Of a DNA stretch of 64,000 nt, positions 37,638 through 45,568 are shown piece after piece. This DNA is from an uncultured Candidatus Saccharibacteria bacterium (GTDB lineage Bacteria > Patescibacteriota > Minisyncoccia > Phycocordibacterales > JACOZG01), in the NCBI GenBank assembly GCA_964651115.1, contig CAZYXJ010000001.1:106509-170508 (forward strand), in the 5' to 3' direction. Under the pieces are notes generated by a model. It made no database searches. It was not told the DNA's origin and saw only the letters and a list, made by a program, of their open reading frames with translations. Within the stretch, counting starts at the first letter, position 1. Each line of letters starts with the position of its first letter. Position numbers and translations under genes: made by a program.

Positions 37638-38717
37638 ATGGTGAAAAAAATTATAATTTTAGTCTTATCGATCTTAGCTCTAGCCCCCTCGGCTCAAGCC
37701 GCTGAACTGGAAGTCTCGGGCTGGATCCCCTACTGGTCGGCCAGCGGGGGGACGCGCGACGCTCGGCGCAGCCTCTCGGATCTCTCCGAAATCAACCCCT
37801 TCGTCTACAGTCTCCAACCCTCGGGCGAGATCCGCGACCTGGGCAATTTAAGTGCTCGCACCTGGAAAAATCTCTTTACCGCCGCGCGCAAACAAAATGT
37901 GGAAATTGTCCCGACAATCATGAGCTCGAGCGGCTCCGGCGTCCACGCCCTGCTCTCTGATCCCGTCCGCCGTGCCGCTCACGTCCAAGAAATCGCCAGT
38001 CTTGTGCGCCGCCAAAAATTTGACGGCATCGATATTGATTACGAAGGCAAGTTGGGCGCCACGCGACCCTTCTTCTCCCTCTTTCTCCTCGAGCTTAAGG
38101 TGGCACTAGGCGAAAAACTGCTTTCCTGCACCATCGAAGCGCGCACGCCACCCGACTCACTCTACCGCACCCTCCCCACAAACCTAGAATATGCTAACGA
38201 CTTCCCCACCCTGGCGGCCGCCTGTGACCGCGTCAAGATCATGACCTACGACCAACAACGTGCCGACTGGAAGTTAAATACTGCCAACAGCGACGAGCCC
38301 TACATCCCCGTCTCCGATCCCTCCTGGGTCGAAAAAGTGATCCAGCTAACGACCAAAACGATCCCCGCCGAAAAAATCATGCTTGGCATCCCCACCTACG
38401 GCCATGAGTACGAAGTAACAGAGACCCCCGACGGCACTCGACGCTACGTCCGGATGCGCGCCATCAATGCTCCGGCCGCCGAGCGACTAGCCAAGAAAGA
38501 ACGAGCCAAAACTTACCGGGCCGCCTCGGGCGAAATCGCCTTTCGCTACGACGACGTCGTCTTAATCCCGGGAACGGAAACCTACCGCTACGTTACCTGG
38601 AGCGACGGCCAGGCCATTGCTGATAAAATCACGCTCGCCAAAAAATATAATCTCGCCGGCGTCGCCTTCTTTAAAATTGACGGCGACCAAGACGACGATC
38701 TCTGGGATAATTTATAA
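37638..38717 (+). CDS. Glycoside hydrolase family 18 (chitinase-like) secreted protein
   Basis: 359 aa with a signal peptide and the catalytic DGIDIDYE (DxxDxDxE) motif. Confidence 0.75.
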   Translation: MVKKIIILVLSILALAPSAQAAELEVSGWIPYWSASGGTRDARRSLSDLSEINPFVYSLQPSGEIRDLGNLSARTWKNLFTAARKQNVEIVPTIMSSSGSGVHALLSDPVRRAAHVQEIASLVRRQKFDGIDIDYEGKLGATRPFFSLFLLELKVALGEKLLSCTIEARTPPDSLYRTLPTNLEYANDFPTLAAACDRVKIMTYDQQRADWKLNTANSDEPYIPVSDPSWVEKVIQLTTKTIPAEKIMLGIPTYGHEYEVTETPDGTRRYVRMRAINAPAAERLAKKERAKTYRAASGEIAFRYDDVVLIPGTETYRYVTWSDGQAIADKITLAKKYNLAGVAFFKIDGDQDDDLWDNL

Positions 38718-38757
38718 AAAGAAAAAGCGCCCGCTTCTCTGAGAAGAAGTCGGGCAC
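38716..38757 (-). terminator. Probable terminator downstream of csrA
   Basis: An imperfect GC-rich hairpin (gcccg..cttctc-aga-gagaag..cgggc), followed on the minus strand by tttttcttttt. Confidence 0.45.
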
Positions 38758-38780
38758 CGAGCCACATGTGCGCCACGCGG

Positions 38781-39002
38781 CTATTTCTTTTTTTTGAGGA
38801 TAAGAATATCCTCCGGTTTTACGCTGGCCGCCGCGCGCTTCTCGCGCTTGATGGCCTCATAGACCTCTTTGCGATGGACGGTAATACCGGGGGGAGCATT
38901 AATCCCCAACCGCACCTTGTTGCCGCGGATGTCAATGACGGTGACCTCAATATCATCGCCGACCATGAACGCTTGATTAACCTGCCGCGCAAATACCAAC
39001 AT
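38781..39002 (-). CDS. csrA: Carbon storage regulator CsrA
   Basis: The start was trimmed to MLVFARQVNQAFMVGDDIEVTVIDIRGNKVRLGINAPPGITVHRKEVYEAI, which closely matches the CsrA consensus. 73 aa. Confidence 0.75.
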   Translation of the reverse strand: MLVFARQVNQAFMVGDDIEVTVIDIRGNKVRLGINAPPGITVHRKEVYEAIKREKRAAASVKPEDILILKKKK

Positions 39003-39149
39003 CTGAGACTCCTTTCTCGAATCTCGACCTCCCCTGATCCCCACTGGATCAGTCTGGCAACACAATGACATATATTTTTCAGCCTTGCAAGCATGATGTT
39101 TACTGAGTTGAAATCCGGTCGGCTTTTGGTAAGATAAACAAGTCTACAT

Positions 39150-39197
39150 TTGGGAGGGTATAATGGGTTGATAGAAAGAATATTCCGCGATAGCTCA
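39150..39197 (+). repeat. 48-bp direct repeat copy 1 (tRNA-Asn promoter plus first 14 nt of tRNA)
   Basis: ttgggagggTATAATgggttgatagaaagaatattccgcgatagctca. It is repeated at 39227-39274 with a single base difference. Confidence 0.8.
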
Positions 39198-39226
39198 TCC
39201 GCCGGCTGGCGGAGGTAGAGCGTCGC
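39184..39226 (+). pseudogene. Partial tRNA-Asn-like remnant (5-prime third, D-arm interrupted by a 16-nt palindrome)
   Basis: tccgcga-tagctca matches the tRNA acceptor and D-stem. The D-loop gtt is replaced by tccgccggctggcgga, then ggtagagcg-tcgc follows, after which the next repeat copy begins. Confidence 0.55.
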
Positions 39227-39260
39227 TTGGGGGGGTATAATGGGTTGATAGAAAGAATAT

Positions 39261-39333
39261 TCCGCGATAGCTCAGTTGGTAGAGCGCCTCGCTGTTAACG
39301 AGGATGTCCCAGGTTCGAGCCCTGGTCGCGGAG
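39261..39333 (+). tRNA. tRNA-Asn (anticodon GTT)
   Basis: A manual cloverleaf fits: acceptor tccgcga/tcgcgga, D-arm gctc-agttggt-agagc, anticodon arm cctcg-ctGTTaa-cgagg, variable loop atgtc, T-arm ccagg-ttcgagc-cctgg, discriminator G. There is a TATAAT 19 nt upstream. Confidence 0.85.
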
Positions 39334-40959
39334 CCTGACTGACAAAAGTGGCACATGATGCCACTTTTGTCGTATGTGGCCTGGCTTTTTAGAGGTTCGA
39401 GCGTGCTCTATTTCCTGCATAATAGCTTCTCGTGCTTTTATGAGGCTCAAAAAGAAAGAACTGTAAGAAAGCTGGATCTTTTTGTCTGAAATGGTGAGGT
39501 TCGAGCCAAGGCATGCGAGTATCGCTCTTTTGGTCTTTTCATCGCCATTTGCGTACCAAAGGTGGGCGTAGCAGGCAAAGTCAAAGGTTTGCTCTGAAAG
39601 TTCAGCCCATTGTTCTACAGCCTTATTCTTGATCTTCAACTCGTCCTCAAGAAGGCCCTTCTTTCTGAGTAGTTCAGACTTTAAGGACTGGTATTCCTGT
39701 TCGCCGATAACGGTTCGATTCTTGTTTGATGGTGCAGTAAAGTTAAGGGTCAAAGATTGCAGCTGCTGCGTTACTTCTTCACATTCCTTGTGCTTGGTCC
39801 TTATTGCGATTGAATCACTCTCAGCCTCATTCTTGCGGACCTCATGGACATGGCGAACCGCCCAGTCACGATACTCCTCTGAAATTCTTATATCTTTAAG
39901 GATCGCCCCGATCTGTAAGTGTAGTAGTTTTACTTCCACATGCTTTTCAGTACAGCCAGCGTCATATCTCTTTTTGGTGCAGTTGTAGTAAACGTAATGA
40001 TGGACGTTACCGTTCTTGCAACGCTTTACTTTGGCTTGGGCAGTGATGCTGCAACCACAGGTGGCACATTTCATAAGACCAGTAAAAGCAAACATCCTCT
40101 CTTCGTGTCGTGGGCGCGGTTGGTTGGTCCTACCCATAACCTTTTGTACCTGATCAAATTCTTCTTTGGTTACCATCGGCGCGTGCGCTCCTTTATTCCA
40201 ATTACCACTGTGGAGCGGAAACTCAAACCAGCCATAATAAAATGGGTTACCGAGGACTGCATAAATTGCTGATCGAGAAAGATGTTCACCGCCGATATTT
40301 CTACGTGGGACCGTTCGGAGATTCAACTGTTTTCTTGAAATATTCCAAATCTGGGCCATTGAATAATTGCCGGTAAGCGCAAGATCAAAGAGTCTTCGGA
40401 CCAACGGGAATCTATCAGGATCTTTTTCTAAGGTCTTGTAACCCTTTTGTTTATTGGGTGTGTTGAGATATCCAATCGGCGCACCGCTTGGCATCCAACC
40501 ATCTCTCACTTTCTTTTGCAGACCTCGCTTTACATTCACTGATAGGTCTCGAATAAACTGATTGGCCATGCCAAGTTCTACTTGCATCATGAGCACGTTG
40601 TCTGTTGGGTAATAGGTTCGACCGAAGGTAACGATTTGAGATACGGCACTCTGCTGCAACATCCAACTTATCTGGCCACCATCGACAGGATTACGGGCTA
40701 GGCGGTCCAGTTTCCAGCATAGGATGCCATTGGCTTCGCCTTTATAGATCCTCTCAAGCATTGAGTTGAATACCTTCCTACCTGGTTTCTTGGCTGATTG
40801 TGATTCTTCAAGGATATCCAGGATGTGTAAACCTTGATCCTTTGCAATCTTCAAAAGCTCGTCTTTCTGGGCATCTATGGACGCTGCCTGGCGATCTTCT
40901 GCCTCGCTGGATTTACGAGCATAGAGGAAGTATTTAATTGGTTGGTTTGTCTGGTTCAT
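39295..40959 (-). CDS. Large serine recombinase (integrase/resolvase family)
   Basis: 554 aa. The N-terminal catalytic domain has YARKSSEAEDRQAASIDAQ (nucleophile Ser region) and a recombinase domain, followed by a zinc ribbon (CATCGC...CTKKR) and a coiled-coil. The C-terminal ~25 codons read through the hairpin and tRNA 3-prime end on the opposite strand. Confidence 0.8.
   Translation of the reverse strand: MNQTNQPIKYFLYARKSSEAEDRQAASIDAQKDELLKIAKDQGLHILDILEESQSAKKPGRKVFNSMLERIYKGEANGILCWKLDRLARNPVDGGQISWMLQQSAVSQIVTFGRTYYPTDNVLMMQVELGMANQFIRDLSVNVKRGLQKKVRDGWMPSGAPIGYLNTPNKQKGYKTLEKDPDRFPLVRRLFDLALTGNYSMAQIWNISRKQLNLRTVPRRNIGGEHLSRSAIYAVLGNPFYYGWFEFPLHSGNWNKGAHAPMVTKEEFDQVQKVMGRTNQPRPRHEERMFAFTGLMKCATCGCSITAQAKVKRCKNGNVHHYVYYNCTKKRYDAGCTEKHVEVKLLHLQIGAILKDIRISEEYRDWAVRHVHEVRKNEAESDSIAIRTKHKECEEVTQQLQSLTLNFTAPSNKNRTVIGEQEYQSLKSELLRKKGLLEDELKIKNKAVEQWAELSEQTFDFACYAHLWYANGDEKTKRAILACLGSNLTISDKKIQLSYSSFFLSLIKAREAIMQEIEHARTSKKPGHIRQKWHHVPLLSVRLRDQGSNLGHPR
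39341..39371. other. Perfect 13-bp hairpin immediately 3-prime of tRNA-Asn
   Basis: gacaaaagtggca-catga-tgccacttttgtc. It is a possible tRNA terminator and/or recombination site, and lies inside the 3-prime end of the recombinase reading frame. Confidence 0.6.
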
Positions 40960-41878
40960 GGTTTATTTGTGTGTCAGGTATGTGGGTCTCATTTACTGGC
41001 TCTGCCCATTTTTCACCGTTTTTTAACGGTGGTTCCGTAGTATCTGATTGGATACTGCCGACTTCCCGTAAATTTCCCGCTATATCGGGAAAATTATCTG
41101 CGTTTTCTGTGGGTCTCACTACCTCACTTAAGGGTATCTTTCCTTCATAGGCTGTCTCAACGACATCATGCCCAGAAGGCTCTTGAATAGCAACTTGTTC
41201 CGGTAGCTGCCACTTATGCATTTTCCTCTTTAGAACATCTCCGATGCTAGTTAAAGAATTCGGGGATTTATTTATTTGGTTAGTTAGAGTATCTACGTTA
41301 ATACTACGGTTTCTACGCTTTCGGATACTACGGAGATGTATATCTGGATACTGCGCAACTGAATCTTTAAGTTTTAGACGCCCTTTAATATGGGCTATGC
41401 TTTTCCAAAAATCGACCGACTTAAAGTAGTACAGGTTCAGTGTTTTGAATCCGCTCTTTGTCTGGACCACACCAAGAATGCTGCACTCAACAAGAAGTCG
41501 GACCGCATTGGCTACATAGTTTCTGTTTTTCTCTCCGGTTAGGTCCTGGATGGTAGTCAGACTTGGCCACGCAACTTGTGTTTGCGTATTTCCATGCTTC
41601 AGAATGGCGCAGTAGACAAGTGTACAAATCTTTGGCAACTTTTCCATATAGCCATGCTCCACAAATTCGTTCTCTACGAAAAACCGAGTTGGTTTTCTCT
41701 TGCCGCGTAACAGGGACCGGTCAATCTGATTCTTCAGTTCCTCGATCTTCGCCTTGTGGTAGGCATGGGCTATCTCCACTTTGTTCTTCTTCGGGTCCAA
41801 CCACTCGAGGAAATACTTCTCGTTGTTGTTCATATTCTTTAAGCCACACCTTTTTGACAGGCCGATAGACAAGGTCAA
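40934..41878 (-). CDS. Hypothetical winged-helix DNA-binding protein (possible replication initiator)
   Basis: 314 aa with a central wHTH-like segment (WPSLTTIQDLTGEKNRNYVANAVRLLVECSILGVV). It sits downstream of the iteron-like repeat region. The start codon is uncertain, with several in-frame Met. Confidence 0.4.
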   Translation of the reverse strand: MTLSIGLSKRCGLKNMNNNEKYFLEWLDPKKNKVEIAHAYHKAKIEELKNQIDRSLLRGKRKPTRFFVENEFVEHGYMEKLPKICTLVYCAILKHGNTQTQVAWPSLTTIQDLTGEKNRNYVANAVRLLVECSILGVVQTKSGFKTLNLYYFKSVDFWKSIAHIKGRLKLKDSVAQYPDIHLRSIRKRRNRSINVDTLTNQINKSPNSLTSIGDVLKRKMHKWQLPEQVAIQEPSGHDVVETAYEGKIPLSEVVRPTENADNFPDIAGNLREVGSIQSDTTEPPLKNGEKWAEPVNETHIPDTQINHEPDKPTN

Positions 41879-41990
41879 AGACGGTTAGGAGTTTAGTTGC
41901 TTCTTCAACGAGGACTTCATCGGATGGGACCTCGCCATGTTCCTGGCGGTAAATTTCCCGATATTCGTCTAGCGCTTGTTTGCTTAGCAT
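41721..41990 (-). CDS. Hypothetical small protein
   Basis: 89 aa with a helical N-terminal 50 aa. It overlaps the next ORF substantially, so the extent is uncertain. Confidence 0.3.
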   Translation of the reverse strand: MLSKQALDEYREIYRQEHGEVPSDEVLVEEATKLLTVFDLVYRPVKKVWLKEYEQQREVFPRVVGPEEEQSGDSPCLPQGEDRGTEESD

Positions 41991-42049
41991 GATGATGTAG
42001 TTGTTTGGTTAATAATTTCGACCGTTATTGAGATCTTCCTGAAAACAGA

Positions 42050-42098
42050 AAGAGCTGAGTCCCAGTTGCAAGTGACTCAGCTCTTTCCGTGCAACTGG
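42050..42098. other. Two mutually exclusive perfect hairpins (12-bp and 9-bp stems)
   Basis: Stem A aagagctgagtc/gactcagctctt (42050-61 with 42074-85). Stem B ccagttgca/tgcaactgg (42062-70 with 42090-98). B's 5-prime arm lies in A's loop. Confidence 0.6.
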
Positions 42099-42124
42099 AA
42101 GTGTTATGTATCGTAGACCCAATT

Positions 42125-42475
42125 TCGTGCAAAATTGCGTGCATTACTTTTGGACCGTCCGATTTGTCTATTCTGAAGCCCTATTAATCCCTAACTGCAG
42201 GAATTACTTCGGACCAAAGAACTACTTAATCCTAGTGCTTAAAAAAAGCAAAACATGGTGTATTACTTTTTATGGCTAGGATTATGGGTTTATCCTAAGA
42301 GATATAAAGTTCCTAACTGTAGGAATTACTCTTACCTCTTAGAACTGTCTTAATCCTATTGTCAAAAAAGTGAAAAATGCGTTGCATTACTTTCATCTCC
42401 TTAGACAGTCATATCCTAAAATCAAATGTGGTGCATTTCGGTGTGCATTACTTTTCCTTTAGGACCAGGTAAGTA
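42125..42475. repeat. Iteron-like degenerate direct repeats (~122-bp units) in a 590-bp AT-rich intergenic region
   Basis: TG(C/T)ATTACTTT occurs at 42140, 42259, 42383 and 42444. CCTAACTG(C/T)AGGAATTACT occurs at 42189 and 42312. There are recurring TTAATCCTA and GGACC motifs. Confidence 0.65.
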
Positions 42476-42586
42476 TGAGGTCCCAATAAGTGCAAATTAG
42501 TGGGTATTGGCCGAGACAACGTAAAAAGCCCTGAATAGGCTTGGAAAAGCGTACACAGGGCAATTTAGGGGCTAATTACGGGCCTT

Positions 42587-45568
42587 TTACTTCTTCATTT
42601 TCTTAATCACATACTCGAATACGCGCTCTTGCACAAACTTCTTAAGCTCAGGACTCTGGTCTAACTTTTGATACAAGCTAAAGTGTTTATCGAGCACGCT
42701 GACGAGCTCATCTTGGAACAGCTGGTCGAATTTCAACTTCGCCGCATCCTTGCTGTTGTTCATGACTGAACCCTGAAGAACCTCGCTTTCAAGAAGTCGC
42801 TTACTTAGATCGTTGAGAATAACCCTGTCTCCATCATTGAAGTTTGTACCATACCGATCATTAACTTCTTTGATGATTCGTGACAAAGCGTCCCTTTCAT
42901 CTTCAGAAAGAGTCTTGGCATCACCACCACCCATCGGTTCGATAATACCTTCTGCATTTTCAAGCTGAAGATGCATCTCACCCTTCTTTTCTATTCTGTA
43001 TGTTTCCATGTCTATTGCTTGGAGTACTTCGTATGGCAATGGATTTTCTCTCTTTGGAAGCTTTCTAATCAAGTACTTCAAGAAGATAAATAACTTTTCT
43101 AATTGTGGATCTTCAAACGTCACAATCTGAGATATGAAAGCGTATTTTTTAAGGTAGTCGAAAGCTGTAGATTTGAAACCTTCCATTTCTTCTTCGGTAA
43201 GATTCTCATTGTTGATTCGAGAGACTACACTGTCAATGATGTGATTCAACTTGTCAGGAGTTGCTCGGGAGTAAAGTTCATCAATAAATCCATTCACTTC
43301 AAAGTCGGTGAAGAATTTAAAGCCTCGCACGTCGCGCTCAAGATCATGCAGGATATTTGGGTCAGTCGCCTCTGATAGGACCGTAGTTGTGTAATAAGGC
43401 TGGAAAGCTTCTTTGATGTCATCTGTTTGATTTACGAAATCTAGCACAAAGGTGTCGTCTTTTCCGTACGTAGTTCGGTTGAGACGAGACAAAGTCTGGA
43501 CCGCACTTACACCGCCAAGTTTCTTATCTACGTACATCACCGACAAGAGTGGCTGGTCAAATCCAGTCTGGAACTTCTCAGCTACAATCAAGAATTTATA
43601 ATCATCATTCTTAAATTCTTCAGCAGTTTGACTCTCTGGGACCTTATTCATCTGTCCTTCCGTATACTCAAGCTTAGTATCAACATCCTTAACTGTTCCC
43701 GAGAAAGCCACGAGAGCTTTATGCCCATATCCTTTTTCTTTGAGGTACTTATCAAACGCGATCTTATATCTGACCGCATGAAGTCGTGACTTGGTTACTA
43801 CCATAGCCTTTGCCTTTCCATTGATAAGTGAGGAAATCTTTTCTTCAAAGTGCTCCACCATAATAGCCACCTTCTTATCGATTGCATGTTCGTGTCGCTC
43901 GACATAGCCAACCATGAGTCGCTGGGCTTTCTTTTTATCGAACTCAGGGTCATCCTCAACTTTCTTCAAAAGCCCAAAGTAGGTTTCGTATGTTGTGTAG
44001 TTTTTGAGCACATCAAGAATAAACTTCTCTTCAATCGCTTGCTTCATTGAGTAAAGGGAGAAGGGGCCGAATTTACCAGTTAAAGGATCTTCAGTACCAA
44101 AGAGTTCAAGTGTTTTTTGCTTTGGAGTTGCAGTAAATGCAAAGAATGACAGATTTGGAGACGATACCTTTCGGGCTTTCATGCGTTCAACAATCTGATC
44201 TTCAATTGTTTTGAATAATTTCTCTTCTTCCTGGCTTTCTTTTTCAGCTTCATCGAGAGTGAGGACCTGGCGTAGATCGGCGGCTGATTCTCCTGATTGA
44301 GATGAGTGTGCCTCGTCAATAATGACAGCAAACTTTCTACCCTCAACTTTTTCTATGGCATCCACAATAACCGGAAACTTCTGCAAAGTTGTAGTGATAA
44401 TCTTTACACCCGACTCAAGGGACTCCTTGAGCTCTTTACCACCGTTTTCTACATGCTTAACCAGGCCAGTAACTTGGCTAAAGCTTTTAACTGTATCTGA
44501 AAGCTGTCTATCGAGTACACGTCGATCAGTTACAACTATCACGCCGTCAAAAACATTCTTTCCTTCAGTGTCGTGGAGCTCGGCCAATCGGTGTGCAGTC
44601 CAAGCGATAGTATTACTCTTTCCGGAACCAGCGCTGTGCTGGATTAGGTAGTTCTTACCTGAGCCATGTATCCTGGTATCCTCGACAATGCGTTTTACCG
44701 TCTCGAGCTGGTGATATCGAGGAAAGATAACTTTTTCTTCTTTACGCTTTTTACCATTCTTATCTTCCTTTTCTTCAGTCACTTCTTGTATGAAGTTTCC
44801 AATCAAATCAAAGATGCTATCTTTGGACCAGATTTCTTCCCAGAGATAGTGAGTCTTATATTTGCCCTTAGGTGCTTCAGGATTGCCTGACGACCCTTTA
44901 TTGCCCTTATTAAAGGGTAAGAAGTAGGTAGTGAGACCGGTGATACGGGTCGTCATATACGCCTGTTCTGTATCGAGCGCAAAGTGTGTGAGGCATCGCT
45001 TGAATGTTATAAGCTTCTCCTTTTGGTCGCGGTCCGTCTTGTACTGCGAAATGGCATTGATAACATTTTGGCCTGTGAACTGATTTTTGAGTTCAGAAGT
45101 AAACAGAGGGAGTCCATTCACAAAGATCACCATGTCTATGGAGTTCTCGTTTTTAGCGCTGTACTTTACCTGACGCATTACGCTCAAAATGTTCCCTGCG
45201 TAGTCTGCAAGGGTCTCAGGATTCTTGTCATTCTCTGGCTTGAAGTATGCAAGGCGGATTATGACACCTCGATCCTTTACTCCCTCCCTGAGCACACTGA
45301 GAAGACCACGAGAAAGAAGCTCTTCATCTAACCTAGCCAAGAATCTTTCAGCGACACTGTCTCCATATTGTTCAACAAGTTTTTCCCAATTATCTTTCTG
45401 GGTACTCTGAATAAACTCCAGGACCAGTTCAGTATCCATGCAGAGTTCCTTGTTGTATGAAGAATTAGAACGCTTTCGGTAGTTATGCAGACTTACAAGC
45501 TCCTGCTCGATAAATTCTTCAAATCCTGATTCTTTTGTATTGGTTTTTGTTGTCATGTTATTCGGCAT
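42587..45568 (-). CDS. hsdR: Type I restriction enzyme R subunit
   Basis: 993 aa with an N-terminal nuclease region, SF2 motor motifs (HSAGSGKS Walker A, VIIDEAHSSQ DEAH box) and a C-terminal helical domain. Confidence 0.9.
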   Translation of the reverse strand: MPNNMTTKTNTKESGFEEFIEQELVSLHNYRKRSNSSYNKELCMDTELVLEFIQSTQKDNWEKLVEQYGDSVAERFLARLDEELLSRGLLSVLREGVKDRGVIIRLAYFKPENDKNPETLADYAGNILSVMRQVKYSAKNENSIDMVIFVNGLPLFTSELKNQFTGQNVINAISQYKTDRDQKEKLITFKRCLTHFALDTEQAYMTTRITGLTTYFLPFNKGNKGSSGNPEAPKGKYKTHYLWEEIWSKDSIFDLIGNFIQEVTEEKEDKNGKKRKEEKVIFPRYHQLETVKRIVEDTRIHGSGKNYLIQHSAGSGKSNTIAWTAHRLAELHDTEGKNVFDGVIVVTDRRVLDRQLSDTVKSFSQVTGLVKHVENGGKELKESLESGVKIITTTLQKFPVIVDAIEKVEGRKFAVIIDEAHSSQSGESAADLRQVLTLDEAEKESQEEEKLFKTIEDQIVERMKARKVSSPNLSFFAFTATPKQKTLELFGTEDPLTGKFGPFSLYSMKQAIEEKFILDVLKNYTTYETYFGLLKKVEDDPEFDKKKAQRLMVGYVERHEHAIDKKVAIMVEHFEEKISSLINGKAKAMVVTKSRLHAVRYKIAFDKYLKEKGYGHKALVAFSGTVKDVDTKLEYTEGQMNKVPESQTAEEFKNDDYKFLIVAEKFQTGFDQPLLSVMYVDKKLGGVSAVQTLSRLNRTTYGKDDTFVLDFVNQTDDIKEAFQPYYTTTVLSEATDPNILHDLERDVRGFKFFTDFEVNGFIDELYSRATPDKLNHIIDSVVSRINNENLTEEEMEGFKSTAFDYLKKYAFISQIVTFEDPQLEKLFIFLKYLIRKLPKRENPLPYEVLQAIDMETYRIEKKGEMHLQLENAEGIIEPMGGGDAKTLSEDERDALSRIIKEVNDRYGTNFNDGDRVILNDLSKRLLESEVLQGSVMNNSKDAAKLKFDQLFQDELVSVLDKHFSLYQKLDQSPELKKFVQERVFEYVIKKMKK

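Noticed and set aside
39381-39493. Recurrences of ggttcgagc (as in the tRNA T-arm) at 39385 and 39489 as possible att-site repeats
   Set aside because: They are short (9 nt), lie inside the recombinase coding region, and are not flanked by further tRNA-like sequence. They are probably chance matches or coding constraints.
42125-42475. Repeat region considered as a possible CRISPR array
   Set aside because: Units are ~120 bp, degenerate and AT-rich, with no short (24-48 bp) identical repeats separated by unique spacers. No cas genes are present. The region is better explained as iteron-like or origin repeats.
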